Below, one piece after another: positions 1-9,842 of a stretch of 64,000 nucleotides of DNA (the first letter of the stretch is position 1; each line of letters begins with the position of its first letter). The stretch lies in the NCBI GenBank assembly GCA_965237405.1, contig OZ250139.1, positions 771,820-835,819 on the forward strand, given 5' to 3'. Source of the stretch: Vicinamibacterales bacterium (GTDB lineage: Bacteria; Acidobacteriota; Vicinamibacteria; Vicinamibacterales; UBA8438). The notes beneath the pieces are model-generated. The model saw nothing but the letters and a program-made list of their open reading frames with translations. It was not told where the DNA came from and made no database searches. Made by a program: the position numbers and the translations under genes.

Positions 1-326
1 AGCACGTTGTCGGGCTGCCGGTAGGCACGCCGGACGCCCTCGTTGACCATATCTTCAAGGGAAAGGTCGCCCTTGAGGGCCACGCTCTGGCCGATGCTCA
101 TGAAAACATTAACGATACCGGTGTCTTGGCATACCGGCCGATGCCCCTCGGCACACATTCGGGAATTCATGAGGATCTGGGCCATTGCGTCCTTCGCGGC
201 GGGAGACTTCTCCCGTTCCCAGGCAGCCGATAAGGCTCTGAGGAAATCCGGCGGGTGGTAGTACGAGATGTACTGCAGCGCGTCGTGCACGCTCTGAATC
301 AGATCATCCTGTTTAATGGTTACCAT
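1..326 (-). CDS. Fe-S (class I) fumarate hydratase / tartrate dehydratase alpha-type subunit, N-terminal 108 codons; gene continues past window start
   Basis: Not in the ORF track because no stop lies in the window. My reverse-complement translation from ATG at 326-324 reads MVTIKQDDLIQSVHDALQYISYYHPPDFLRALSAAWEREKSPAAKDAMAQILMNSRMCAEGHRPVCQDTGIVNVFMSIGQSV... The P-x-CQDTG block is the conserved N-terminal segment of Fe-S tartrate/fumarate hydro-lyases. Confidence 0.7.
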   Translation of the reverse strand, partial: MVTIKQDDLIQSVHDALQYISYYHPPDFLRALSAAWEREKSPAAKDAMAQILMNSRMCAEGHRPVCQDTGIVNVFMSIGQSVALKGDLSLEDMVNEGVRRAYRQPDNV

Positions 327-350
327 TCTGCGATCTCAGGGCGCGCCGGA

Positions 351-1019
351 TTAGATTTCTTCGACTTCGATCTTGCGGAACTCGAGCAACCCAAGCTCGC
401 CTTGGATGCCGATATGGCCGGTTAGATTCTTGATACTAGTCGCGGTGGTTAGCAGGGCGCCATTCAGTCGAACCTCCAGCGTTTCACCCCGAGCCGTAAT
501 TTCATAGGTTTGCCATTCGCCGGTTGGGTTGTAAGCCGCCTGTAAGGCCTCAAGGTCGAATTCGTGTTCAAACGGCGGAGCACCGTATGGGATCATTTGG
601 CCGAGCGGAGTGTCGCCGGTGATGATGTCCATGCACTGGACCTGATACCCGTTGTCTGGATACCCTCGTTCGTCGTCGACACTGGTCGGGCCTGTGCGGA
701 CGAAGATTCCACTGTTAGCTTCTTCTTCCAGAAAGCGAAATTCCATGGTCAGAATAAAATCGCCAAACGTTTCGCTAGAGCGCAGCCAACCGGTTCCTCG
801 GTTGATCTTGAGAACACTATCTTCCACGGAAAACTGTCCGTTGTTCACGATTTCCCAGCCGTCCAAGTTTTGGCCGTTGAACAGCTGTATGGCCGAGCTT
901 CCCGTGTCCTCCATCGCCGGTGCGTCGGTACTTTCCATTACTGGTTCGGGTTCGGGTGCCGACTGGCAGCCGTTCAGCAAGACGCAGCCAATTAAGAGGT
1001 TTAGCGTGGCAAGTTTCAT
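351..1019 (-). CDS. Exported lipoprotein with DUF1080 (3-keto-disaccharide hydrolase-like, jelly-roll) domain
   Basis: ORF 351..1055. The likely start is the internal MKLATLNLLIGCVLLNGC (lipobox LNGC). LFNGQNLDGWEIV, ANSGIFVR and GYQVQ resemble DUF1080 blocks. Confidence 0.65.
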   Translation of the reverse strand: MKLATLNLLIGCVLLNGCQSAPEPEPVMESTDAPAMEDTGSSAIQLFNGQNLDGWEIVNNGQFSVEDSVLKINRGTGWLRSSETFGDFILTMEFRFLEEEANSGIFVRTGPTSVDDERGYPDNGYQVQCMDIITGDTPLGQMIPYGAPPFEHEFDLEALQAAYNPTGEWQTYEITARGETLEVRLNGALLTTATSIKNLTGHIGIQGELGLLEFRKIEVEEI

Positions 1020-1279
1020 GTCTTCCTCGTTTCGGTTCGTTTTTGAACGTTCCACGCGATTATCGCTGCTTTGGTGATCGTGTCAAGACGCGGCTATTAG
1101 GAGAGCGATACCGGACAAACATCGAGCAAGTCGGGATCCGGCCGACGCTGCACAGAAAAAGGCCGTCGCCCTAGTCGTGGTTAGTGAAAGAACGATGCGA
1201 GGGAAACCACATGCATCCAGATGCTCAATTGAGGCGAGAGTCTCACTGGGCACAGGTTTTGGTTTAGGGCTGGGTGATT

Positions 1280-1730
1280 TCAGGAAGGGTGGAGCGACCT
1301 ATCGCTAGCGCCGTCTGCGTCGGCGTCTGATGGGGCCACGTAGCTTCGTCTGGCTCTGGCAGTCGTGCCTTGCCCGCTCATGCGGACCTTGTGATGGTGC
1401 ATTTTTCCATCGCACATCGTCGGCGCGAAGCCCAAAACGTACTGGCTGTGAAGTTCCTGTGCGACGCGCGTGAAGGTAGGGTCGAAATCATCCGTCCGAC
1501 GCAGCTCGAAATATCCCCCGCCAGTTTCCTTGGCGAACTTCCTGAGGTTTCGCTCTGGCCGACTTCGAACCAGCCGCTCTCCTGAGCTTGACCTGTGCAC
1601 TCTTTATTTTAACCGCCGCCAGAGGTTGCCTGGTGCCGACCAATAAATGGCTTCAAGATCGTGCATTTCGGCTTGGCTGCCGACGACTAGTGAAGATGTC
1701 TTGACGTTGGTCACCGATAATGATTATCCA
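1280..1730 (-). pseudogene. Decayed C-terminal half of a VWFA-related (TIGR03436-like) protein
   Basis: ORF 1280..1600 carries LRKFAKETGGGYFEL...ELHSQYVLGFAP...HKVRM...ARARRSYVAP, which parallels the C-terminus of the intact paralog at 39067..40431. Upstream, in two other frames, I read WIIIIGDQRQDIFTSRR (like the SDGxDxxS block) and EMHDLEAIYWSA, separated by stops. No N-terminal half is present. Confidence 0.55.
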
Positions 1731-1816
1731 CTAGATAGTTTTGTTGCGGCCAGTCATAGTAGGTCACGCAGCTGACGGTTCAAGTATGTTCTAATGGCGC
1801 AGCGACACGCGACGAC

Positions 1817-3277
1817 GTGTGTTGCGACAATCCTGACGATCGCTACTTAGTGCGTCGCACGAAAATCATCGCCACCGTTGGTCCGGCCTCCGATAGTCAG
1901 GACGGGATCGATGCACTGATTGCCGCCGGCGTTGACGTGTTCCGGCTTAACTTCTCCCACGGATCGCGTGACACACATCAAACGGTGTACTCCCGCATCC
2001 GGGCGGGAGCCCAGCGAACCGGGCGCACGGTTGCCGTCATGCAAGATCTTCCTGGCACCAAGATCCGCATCGGCCGGCTGCGGTCGGGAACGGCCGTGAC
2101 GCTGACCACTGGCGAGACCTTTCGCCTTGCGACGGGTGACTTCGCGGGAAACGGCGAGCGGGTTTCCACGAAATTCGCCGGTTTGGCTCAGTCAGTCGTT
2201 CCCGGCAATCGGCTGTTGCTTGACGACGGGCGGATAGAACTTCGCGTGCTCCAGACCGATGGCACGGAGATCGTGACGGAAGTCACGCACGGCGGTGTGC
2301 TCGGGGAGCACAAAGGGATCAACGCTCCAAATGCTAAGTTCGAGGAGAGTGGGCTGACCGAACAGGATGTCGACGACCTCAAGTTCGGTCTGAAGCTTGG
2401 CGTCGATCTGGTAGCCGTCAGCTTCGTACAGACTGCTGCAGATGTCGTTGAGGCGCGCACGATCGCCGACGCTGAGGGTGTCTCGGTGTGGTTTATCGCT
2501 AAGATCGAGCGACCGGAGGCCGTTAAGGATATCGACGCGATTCTCCAGGTGAGCGATGCGATCATGGTTGCGCGTGGGGATCTGGGTCTGGAGATCCCAC
2601 TTGAGCAGGTCCCTCGAGTGCAGAAGCACCTGACCCGCTCGGCGCGCGTGCAAGGTGTCCCGGTGATCATTGCCACCCAAGTTTTGGAGACGATGCGGGT
2701 CGAGCCACATCCGACGCGCGCCGAGGTCAGTGACGCTGCCAACGCAGTCGACGACGGGGTCGATGCAATCATGCTCGCCGGTGAAACGGCGGCCGGGCAA
2801 TTTCCGATCGAATCGGTCAAAGCTCTCGACAGGGTCATTCGCGATGCCGAGTTGGTCGTCCTTCCTCCGTTCGAGTCTGGCTTTCTACCCAACGACCAAC
2901 GGCATGGCCCAGCGCTCTGTCAGTCAGCGGTGACCCTCGCCGACACGTCGAACGCGTCCGCCATTGTCGCTGCGACGCACGCCGGGACGACAGCGCGACA
3001 ACTAGCGGCGCTCCGGCCGCGCATCCCAATCTATGGTGCGACCGATGACGAGGCGACCGCGCGCCGCCTGATGCTTTGCTGGGGGGTGGTACCGTTCACG
3101 ACCGATGCCGAGACGTTAGCGATGTCGAATATGCCGATGTCGCTCGTTGAGACCAAGGTACTGGAGCCAGGCGCCACGGTAGTCGTTGTCCGTATTCACG
3201 CCGACCTGACGCGTGGTGACGCCAACTTCGTATCGCTGAGGCAGCTGCTCGGCGACAGTACGTTCGTTGGCGGCTAA
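1817..3277 (+). CDS. pyk: Pyruvate kinase
   Basis: RRTKIIATVGPAS...VFRLNFSHGS...MVARGDLGLEIP...ATQVLETM; full length of 486 aa. The start could instead be GTG at 1850. Confidence 0.92.
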   Translation: MCCDNPDDRYLVRRTKIIATVGPASDSQDGIDALIAAGVDVFRLNFSHGSRDTHQTVYSRIRAGAQRTGRTVAVMQDLPGTKIRIGRLRSGTAVTLTTGETFRLATGDFAGNGERVSTKFAGLAQSVVPGNRLLLDDGRIELRVLQTDGTEIVTEVTHGGVLGEHKGINAPNAKFEESGLTEQDVDDLKFGLKLGVDLVAVSFVQTAADVVEARTIADAEGVSVWFIAKIERPEAVKDIDAILQVSDAIMVARGDLGLEIPLEQVPRVQKHLTRSARVQGVPVIIATQVLETMRVEPHPTRAEVSDAANAVDDGVDAIMLAGETAAGQFPIESVKALDRVIRDAELVVLPPFESGFLPNDQRHGPALCQSAVTLADTSNASAIVAATHAGTTARQLAALRPRIPIYGATDDEATARRLMLCWGVVPFTTDAETLAMSNMPMSLVETKVLEPGATVVVVRIHADLTRGDANFVSLRQLLGDSTFVGG

Positions 3278-3509
3278 CGCTAGATGAGCGAACTTTGATG
3301 TACGACTTGCAGAAGCTGCTTTGTGAGACGCAATCCCGTTGAATCATCTACCGCTCCGCGCTACGCTAGACACCTTACCGGGTCACGCACTTTTTGGTAC
3401 CCGGTCCCTGCGAGAAGAGCTTCGGGCAGGCTTTCGTCAGGACATCCGCGACCAGCTGGTGGCCGTCTGTGGTGAAGTGGATGTCGCGCCCCAAGAAGAC
3501 CCGGATCTT

Positions 3510-4490
3510 CTAGTCAGCGGCCGCGTAGAAGGCTGGGGTCAGGTCGATATACGGAATGGCGTTGTCGTTGGCCCATTCCTGGACCTTGTCGGCGAACGAC
3601 GGTTCGTCCTCTCGAAGCTCAGGATGCACCGTCCGTTCCTTCGACGGCACGGCCATCAGGGCCAGCTCGGCACCTGATTCCCTGATCTCCACGGCCAGTT
3701 GACGCAGATGTCGATCCGTGAGGTCGGTGAGGTCCGGGTTTTCCTCGATGAAAGCGGTGACGCGCGCGGCCCGCTCCTCCCCTCGGTGTTCCCAGACCCA
3801 GAGCAGCCGAAGCCGCACCATGTTCAAGAAACGTCCCAGGTGGGACATCCGACCCAGCTTGGTGGCCCATGTCTGTTTGGGGCCCGGTACCGAGACAACG
3901 GCACCCGTCTGGTCGTATGTAGCGATTCGGGCCATCGCCTCGTCGTTGCGCACGTCGTTGCCGTACAGCATCAGGAACACATGGGTCGGTGCGGCGATCC
4001 GGATCTGAGTTCGCCACTGGAGTAGATAGAGAAGCGGGCTGTAGGAGGATGTCCCATAGTTGCTCGTGCGGATGTTGTCGGGTGCGCCTGCTTCAAGGCG
4101 ACCCACGAACGAATTCTCGTGGGATACCTGGATCGCCTCAACGAATGAGTCTCCCAGGAACGCGGCGATGAAATCGGGCGTGCCCTCGTTCTCAGTCGAT
4201 TCTCCAGGCAATGCCCGTAGTCCCTCGTCGTCGTAGTACACGAGGTGCCCACCGTACTCATGTGAGGGGTGATACGAAATGAAGCCATGGTTTCTGGTAT
4301 GGGCGTGGTGAAGGATCGCCGAGGATTCCATGTGGATGTTGCCGTAGCTAATCCCGAGGACCCGCAGCACGAGCTCAGCGAGGATTATCCCGACGCCGAT
4401 GGAACCAATGAGTAGGCCCACGGGTACGATACCGCGGCGGAAGCGACCTTCTTCCACCGAAGGCTTCCGTATTTCACGTGCAGCGTCCAT
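3510..4490 (-). CDS. Membrane-anchored SGNH/GDSL-type hydrolase or acyltransferase-like protein
   Basis: N-terminal TM helix (VPVGLLIGSIGVGIILAELVLRVL), block I-like FLGDSF and block III-like LYGNDV. The specific function is not assignable. Confidence 0.5.
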   Translation of the reverse strand: MDAAREIRKPSVEEGRFRRGIVPVGLLIGSIGVGIILAELVLRVLGISYGNIHMESSAILHHAHTRNHGFISYHPSHEYGGHLVYYDDEGLRALPGESTENEGTPDFIAAFLGDSFVEAIQVSHENSFVGRLEAGAPDNIRTSNYGTSSYSPLLYLLQWRTQIRIAAPTHVFLMLYGNDVRNDEAMARIATYDQTGAVVSVPGPKQTWATKLGRMSHLGRFLNMVRLRLLWVWEHRGEERAARVTAFIEENPDLTDLTDRHLRQLAVEIRESGAELALMAVPSKERTVHPELREDEPSFADKVQEWANDNAIPYIDLTPAFYAAAD

Positions 4491-4911
4491 CGAGATAATT
4501 GCGATATTCTACTGCGCGGGCCGCGGCGCTTTGATCGGCGGGCAACTGATACCGATAGGGTCTTGGCACATCGCTCAAAGTAATTGAACCAGCTTCTTGA
4601 AGACGCCTAGCCCGCGATCCGAACGACGCGTCCCCGCGTCAGCTGTAACACCCGGTCCCATAGATAAGCGCGGTAGTGGCAACGTTAGCGGTGTTCAGGA
4701 AAGACGTGTTTTTTCTGCGCGCACTTGCATACGGGCAGATCCACGGGCGATCAATAAATTCGGCAACTGCAGTTAACCTTCAGACAACGAGTCCTGTAAG
4801 TGTTAGGTCTAGTTTTTCTCACACTTCGGGTCCGAGGTGACAATACTCCACAGACAACCCACATTGCGTGTTGGGTGCCGGCGACACCCAACGAACCGAT
4901 AAACTGAATCG

Positions 4912-5355
4912 ATGGTACACGCACGGCGCGGCCTGCGGACCGGGATCATGGTCGTCGCCATGGGCCTCACAGCGCTTGCCATCTCGCACGCCCAGCAGAT
5001 GTCTATCGGCAATTGGGTCGGGAGTGCGCAGGGCCTCGTCGAGCCGGCGCTATCCGAACAGCCGACGCCATCGGTCGTCAAGGCATCGCTACCGGCCGGT
5101 ATCAACGAATCTCCCACGTTCAATGGTCTTCGGAAGGCGTACGAAGACGGGCAATTAACCCAACGTCAACTGCTTGCGACCATCACCGCACTCGGTGTGA
5201 ATATCAGCGGCCTTCGCAGGACGATGCCCCAGGTCCCTAGAAAGATGCAGATGATCGAGAGCGAATTCATGATTTGGCCCGCTTTGCAAAACGAGACGAA
5301 ATGCGCCCACGCTCGCAACGAATATACTTGGACATCACGTTGCGACCACTCATAG
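4912..5355 (+). CDS. Hypothetical exported protein
   Basis: Signal-like N-terminus (GIMVVAMGLTALAISHAQQ). No recognisable domain. It partly overlaps competing ORFs on the other strand. Confidence 0.3.
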   Translation: MVHARRGLRTGIMVVAMGLTALAISHAQQMSIGNWVGSAQGLVEPALSEQPTPSVVKASLPAGINESPTFNGLRKAYEDGQLTQRQLLATITALGVNISGLRRTMPQVPRKMQMIESEFMIWPALQNETKCAHARNEYTWTSRCDHS

Positions 5356-5386
5356 AACTGAACCAATACAACAAACGGTGAGACGG

Positions 5387-6232
5387 CTAGCGCGGCGCTC
5401 GCTTGATCTCGATCGAAGCGGTGACCCATTGGTCGCTTCCAAGGAGCTTCCAGGATGCCGAACCGGAGGCACCGGCCGTGGCGTGCCGTGAGTCTGACAC
5501 CGCCAGCTCGACCGCCTGCTCAGTTGCGGCGCACGCTGATAACGGCGGGCCGCAACCATTCGTAGGATCTGCCAATGTGTCAGGGAAGGACACCAGGTTG
5601 AGCCGTGATGTGGAGGGGGCGTCAGTTAGAGCCAACGATCCATCGAGAAAGGACTTGGCTTCGTCCAGTTCAGCGACGACGATTCGCAGCACGCGGGAGC
5701 CGTCTCCCGTGGTCGTCACGATGGGCGCCGTCGGTGCGGGCGATGTCCCGCGTTGTACACCCGCGACGCCTATAGGGGCGTTCGTATCCACGTTCGAGAA
5801 CCGCAGTATCGCGCCTGCCGCCTGTCGCAGGCCTGCCCAATTGAAGGAAGCGCTGGCCTCTAATCCGTCGGCGATTCTGTAGAAGACCGCCAATTGACAT
5901 GCGGTCCCCTTCGCGTCTCTCTGACACGTCAAACCGTTAAAGCCGGTCATGCCAGGCAGGCCCGTCCATCCATCGGGCCCAGATGTATTCGGATTCCCCT
6001 GTATGCCGAGGATGGCAACAAGCAGGTCCGCATTTCCACTCACACCTGGCGGCACGCCGATGGACAGCGAGCTGGCTCCAGCGAGTCCGGTGTGGCTCGT
6101 GACGGTGCCCTCAAAGTTCGGAGTCGAGCCGCAACCGACGAGTAAGAGGCTGGTCGCGACGGTGGCGCGACATGCTAATTGGCGTGACGACGGGAGGAAA
6201 TTGTGGGTTAGCCAGCTTCGAATCGAGCACAT
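5387..6232 (-). CDS. Hypothetical lipoprotein
   Basis: 281-aa ORF with lipobox SLLLVGCGS. No family recognised. Confidence 0.45.
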   Translation of the reverse strand: MCSIRSWLTHNFLPSSRQLACRATVATSLLLVGCGSTPNFEGTVTSHTGLAGASSLSIGVPPGVSGNADLLVAILGIQGNPNTSGPDGWTGLPGMTGFNGLTCQRDAKGTACQLAVFYRIADGLEASASFNWAGLRQAAGAILRFSNVDTNAPIGVAGVQRGTSPAPTAPIVTTTGDGSRVLRIVVAELDEAKSFLDGSLALTDAPSTSRLNLVSFPDTLADPTNGCGPPLSACAATEQAVELAVSDSRHATAGASGSASWKLLGSDQWVTASIEIKRAPR

Positions 6233-6764
6233 GGGTATTCTCCTATTACCCGCAGCGTAACGCGGGTGCGCGGTAACATGGCGTCAGCATTTCTAGTCTC
6301 GATCTCCTCAAGCTCTGGTCTCGTGAGGGCTGCCGTTCCGTTCACGCTTACCACAATACAGTGCGCAGTTAAGACTCGATGCGCAGCGTATCCCCATCGG
6401 CACGGTAGCTGAGACCGGTCCCGGCGAACAGGTTCCGCAGAGCACGTAGGGAGTCGTCGTGATGGTCTCGGATAAATGAACCGATTGCGTCGGCCGCCTC
6501 CTGTGTTCCTCTCCCCTGACCATCGGGTTCTGAGGTTGTTGGGCGATTAGCACACCGACCGCAAGCATCACCGTGAAGCCGATGGCTAAAACTCTGCGCA
6601 TTAGGCACCTCTGACAGCCTAAGAGCGTTCTCTTAGAAACACGACAGCCGTGATCACCCATATGACATAAACAAATATGACTCTTTCATGTAATGACGAG
6701 TCGCGGCCGTATATCAAAAACCAGACAGGCCCAAACAGGACCCAGTTGAACTTAACGGCCGGGG

Positions 6765-6839
6765 TGGTGGGCCGCCCGCGGATCGAACGCGGGACACCCT
6801 GATTAAAAGTCAGGTGCTCTACCACTGAGCTAGCGGCCC
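6765..6839 (-). tRNA. tRNA-Lys (anticodon UUU), CCA encoded
   Basis: The reverse complement reads GGGCCGCTAGCTCAGTGGTAGAGCACCTGACTTTTAATCAGGGTGTCCCGCGTTCGATCCGCGGGCGGCCCACCA. Acceptor stem GGGCCGC/GCGGCCC, anticodon loop CTTTTAA, T-loop GTTCGATCC. Confidence 0.92.
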
Positions 6840-7122
6840 TTACAAGTTATACATTTTACTGCAAAGTCCTCTCGCGTAATGACTTCTCGGGTCCTCGTGC
6901 TCCTTGAGCAGCTCAATCTAACGCGTGTACTTTGTCTAAACTTGCAGCTCCTTCATATTTTTGTTGCCTGACTGACGCGACTCATACTGCCTGATTACAA
7001 TGTGGTACGAGACTGGTCTGAGGAGTTGGAGGCGTGGATGTCCAGCCCGCGATTGACGATTTGTCTGTCATTGGGACTGATCACTGTGCAACAGTTTGCA
7101 GGTTGATCACGGAGGTGTGACC

Positions 7123-8238
7123 ATGAGTCTGATATTTGTCCGTGTCTTATTGATGTTACTACTGAGCGTCGCAATAGGCTGTCAACCAGCGCCCGTGCCC
7201 GAGTCAGCGTCAGAACCTACGGCTGATCGCGTCGTGCCGCAGTTTGAAGTCGATCCCTCATGGCCTTCGCTACCGAACGAGTGGGTCCTGGGGTCAGTGG
7301 CCTCGGTCGCCGTGGATGCGCGCGATCACGTCTGGATCTATCACCGGCCGCGCTCTGTCGATGAAGCCCAGCAGGCGAACGCCGCTCCAGCGGTGCTTGA
7401 GCTTGACCCCGATGGCAATTTCGTCCAGGCGTGGGGAGGGCCCGGTGACGGCTACGAGTGGCCGGCGAACGAACATGGCATCGAGGTGGACGACCAGGAC
7501 TACGTCTGGCTCGGCGGCAACGGTGGCGATCCGGCGTCGGACGACATGCTGTTGAAGTTCACGCGCGACGGCGAGTTCGTCATGCAAATCGGAGGTCGCG
7601 GCACGAGCGGAGGGAACACCGACACCGACAACCTGAAGCGACCGGCGGAGGCGTTTGTTTATCAAGCCACGAACGAGGTCTTTGTTGCCGACGGTTACGG
7701 TAACCGTCGTGTGATCGTGTTTGATGCCGACACCGCAGAATTTAAGCGGATGTGGGGCGCGTTCGAGAACGAGCCGATCGAAGCATCAGACGAACAGCCA
7801 CCTCCCGACGACGTTTTCGGTCCCCTACAGTTCGGCACGGTGCACGGGATCGAAGTTTCGAATGACGGGCTCGTGTATGTGGCCGATCGGGATCTCAACC
7901 GCATTCAGGTCTTCTCAATCGACGGTACCTACCAGACGCAAGTGTTCGTCAACCGCGACGCCAATGCAAACTCGGTGGCTGGCCTCGCGTTCTCTCCAGA
8001 TCCGGAGCAGCAGTTCGTCTACGTGGCGGACCTGGGCAATAACCACATCCACGTACTCGACCGCCAGACGCTCGATGTGCTCGATTCATTCGGAAGCCAG
8101 GGGTTGCAGCCTGGCGAGTTTGGCGGGGTGCATCACATTGCGACGGATAGTCGGGGCAACCTCTACACAGCCGAGGCGCAAGAAGGACGCCGGGCGCAGA
8201 AGTTGACGTTCACGGGCATGGTGCCGGCTCCCCACTAA
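7123..8238 (+). CDS. Exported NHL-repeat six-bladed beta-propeller protein (peptidyl-alpha-hydroxyglycine lyase-like fold)
   Basis: GGAGG lies 6 nt before ATG 7123. Signal peptide with lipobox-like AIGC. FVADGYGNRRVIVFD, VYVADRDLNRIQVF and VYVADLGNNHIHVLD are typical NHL blades. Confidence 0.7.
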   Translation: MSLIFVRVLLMLLLSVAIGCQPAPVPESASEPTADRVVPQFEVDPSWPSLPNEWVLGSVASVAVDARDHVWIYHRPRSVDEAQQANAAPAVLELDPDGNFVQAWGGPGDGYEWPANEHGIEVDDQDYVWLGGNGGDPASDDMLLKFTRDGEFVMQIGGRGTSGGNTDTDNLKRPAEAFVYQATNEVFVADGYGNRRVIVFDADTAEFKRMWGAFENEPIEASDEQPPPDDVFGPLQFGTVHGIEVSNDGLVYVADRDLNRIQVFSIDGTYQTQVFVNRDANANSVAGLAFSPDPEQQFVYVADLGNNHIHVLDRQTLDVLDSFGSQGLQPGEFGGVHHIATDSRGNLYTAEAQEGRRAQKLTFTGMVPAPH

Positions 8239-8295
8239 GCGAACGCTGGGGTGTTTCGTTCAGTCTGAATCGTCGCCGTAGCGCTGTGATCGTAC

Positions 8296-8324
8296 AGGAG
8301 ATCTTCTAGTCCGCCAGATCTCCT
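8296..8324 (+). terminator. Candidate stem-loop downstream of the NHL gene
   Basis: AGGAGATCT (8296-8304) pairs with AGATCTCCT (8316-8324), giving a 9-bp stem and 11-nt loop. The downstream sequence CTTGAGAGG is not U-rich, so it is weak as an intrinsic terminator. Confidence 0.3.
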
Positions 8325-8392
8325 CTTGAGAGGAGTGCGCCAGGCGGCTGGGATTCCGTAGTCACGAACTACACGGCACTAAGGGGGTTCAG

Positions 8393-9385
8393 ATGTGTCA
8401 TCGAGTTCTGGTGTTTGCAAGCGTGATGGCGGTGTTGGTCGCGCTTGTGTGGCTGGGTGCTGCACCCGCGGTCGCGCAGACCGTTCCGCCGAGAACGGCG
8501 TGGGGTCAACCGGATCTACAGGGGATCTGGGATTTTCGTATCATCACACCGCTCGAACGGCCAGAGGAGTTGGGGGACCAGGCGTTCCTGACAGAGGAAG
8601 AAGCTGCCAATCTCCAGCAAGAAACGGTCGACCGGAACGATTGGCTCCTGAACCGTCCCGCCGAAAGAACGGCGGTTAGTGACCAGGTGGATAGGCGGGC
8701 AGATGGCACACCCGGCTTCTATAACAACTTTTGGCTCGATGAGGGAGTCACTACTGTTGGCACGAGGCGAACGTCGCTAATCGTGGAGCCGCCAAACGGG
8801 AGGGTTCCGGACCTGTCGCCAGTTGGGCAGCAAAGAGCAGATGCCAGACGGGAGTATCAGCGTGAGCATCCGTCTGATTCATGGTTGGACCGAAACGCGG
8901 CAGATCGCTGCATTGTGGGCTTCAACGCTGGCCCACCTATCACGCCGCTCGGCTACAACCAGAATATGCAGGTCTTCCAAACGCCGGACCACGTCGTATT
9001 GGTTACTGAGATGGTTCATACGGCTCGTGTTGTGGCCCTCGGTGGGCGTCCTGTTCTCGGAGAGGGTATCCGCCAGTGGTCGGGGGATTCGCGCGGCTAT
9101 TGGGAGGGTGAGACCCTAGTTGTCGAGACCTCGAATTTTAACGTCGAGAGACGGTGGAGAGGGTCGACCGAGACGATGAAGCTAGTCGAACGCTTCACTC
9201 GTGTTGACGCTGACACTCTTGAGTACACGTTCACGGTCACCGATCCGGAGACTTGGACGAGCGCATGGACGGCGTCCATCCCGATGCGGCGAACCGATGT
9301 TCCGATGTACGAGTACGCGTGCCACGAAGGGAACTACAGCATGGTCGGTATCTTGGGTGGCGCGCGCGCAGACGATACAAAGTAG
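8393..9385 (+). CDS. Exported protein, unnamed family, paralog A (WGxPDLxG ... YEYACHEGNYSM)
   Basis: Signal peptide ending AVAQ, then PPRTAWGQPDLQGIW, RRTSLIVEPPNGRVP, ADRC, IRQWSGDSRGYWEGETLVVETSNF, ERFTRVDADTLEYTFTV and YEYACHEGNYSMVGILGGAR. It has three paralogs in this window. Confidence 0.8.
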   Translation: MCHRVLVFASVMAVLVALVWLGAAPAVAQTVPPRTAWGQPDLQGIWDFRIITPLERPEELGDQAFLTEEEAANLQQETVDRNDWLLNRPAERTAVSDQVDRRADGTPGFYNNFWLDEGVTTVGTRRTSLIVEPPNGRVPDLSPVGQQRADARREYQREHPSDSWLDRNAADRCIVGFNAGPPITPLGYNQNMQVFQTPDHVVLVTEMVHTARVVALGGRPVLGEGIRQWSGDSRGYWEGETLVVETSNFNVERRWRGSTETMKLVERFTRVDADTLEYTFTVTDPETWTSAWTASIPMRRTDVPMYEYACHEGNYSMVGILGGARADDTK

Positions 9386-9842
9386 TGATCACGCATCAGA
9401 GGGCGTGACCGATGGGCGCGTCTATGTCCTCAAGCGAAAGATGCGTGTTACCTCCGACACTGCATTCTCGGTGACCGACGAGTTCTCGTTGGGCGGCGGC
9501 GTCACTTCGGCATCTTGGCACTGGTTCGTACATCCGTGCCAACTGAGAACGCACCGTCTCAAGATGACCCGTGGCAGACACTGGGCACGGAGATCCGCTG
9601 GCAATCTCGTTCCCTGCTGATCTGATAGAGTGCGAATAACGGCTTGGGTTAGGTGGTCGGATCTTAGTCGTACTGTTTAGCGGTGAAGAAGGCTTTCCAC
9701 CGCAATATCACATCCTTCAATTACCATGGCATCGACAACCTTCTTTCGGGTTGCAAATGGCCCGCCGAGTTCTGGGTCCTCTGACAATTGAGCTGTTACG
9801 TCTACGGGTCGGTACTCGAGACGATAAAAGCTTGGTGTCGAT

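Noticed and set aside
2188-2892. Long antisense ORFs (234 and 202 aa) inside pyruvate kinase. Similar ones occur inside iscS (44572-45582, 336 aa), the PBP5-like gene (40782-41474), the PQQ genes and hflX.
   Set aside because: These are typical stop-poor antisense frames of high-GC DNA. They are Ser/Arg/Thr/Pro-rich, lack motifs, and are fully contained in genes with strong family signatures.
6308-6661. Small ORFs in two overlapping minus-strand frames. One has a signal-like MRRVLAIGFTVMLAVGVLIAQQ followed by a Cys-rich tail. The other ends ...AADAIGSFIRDHHDDSLRALRNLFAGTGLSYRADGDTLRIES.
   Set aside because: Third-position GC does not discriminate between the frames, and neither has a recognisable family. 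It could be a frameshifted small secreted protein, but I cannot support a call.
4500-6765. Possible integrated element at the 3' side of tRNA-Lys (orphan genes, patches of somewhat lower GC).
   Set aside because: I found no integrase or recombinase, no phage or conjugation genes, and no direct repeat of the tRNA 3' end by eye. The evidence is insufficient.
6619-6825. 68-aa ORF overlapping the tRNA-Lys gene.
   Set aside because: The region folds into a canonical tRNA cloverleaf, so the ORF is incidental.
9386-9842. Small ORFs (60-69 aa) in the spacer between paralog A and PQQ-DH1, including 9677-9886.
   Set aside because: They are mutually overlapping and featureless. One runs into the PQQ gene's 3' end. 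The equivalent spacer is absent in the duplicated module.
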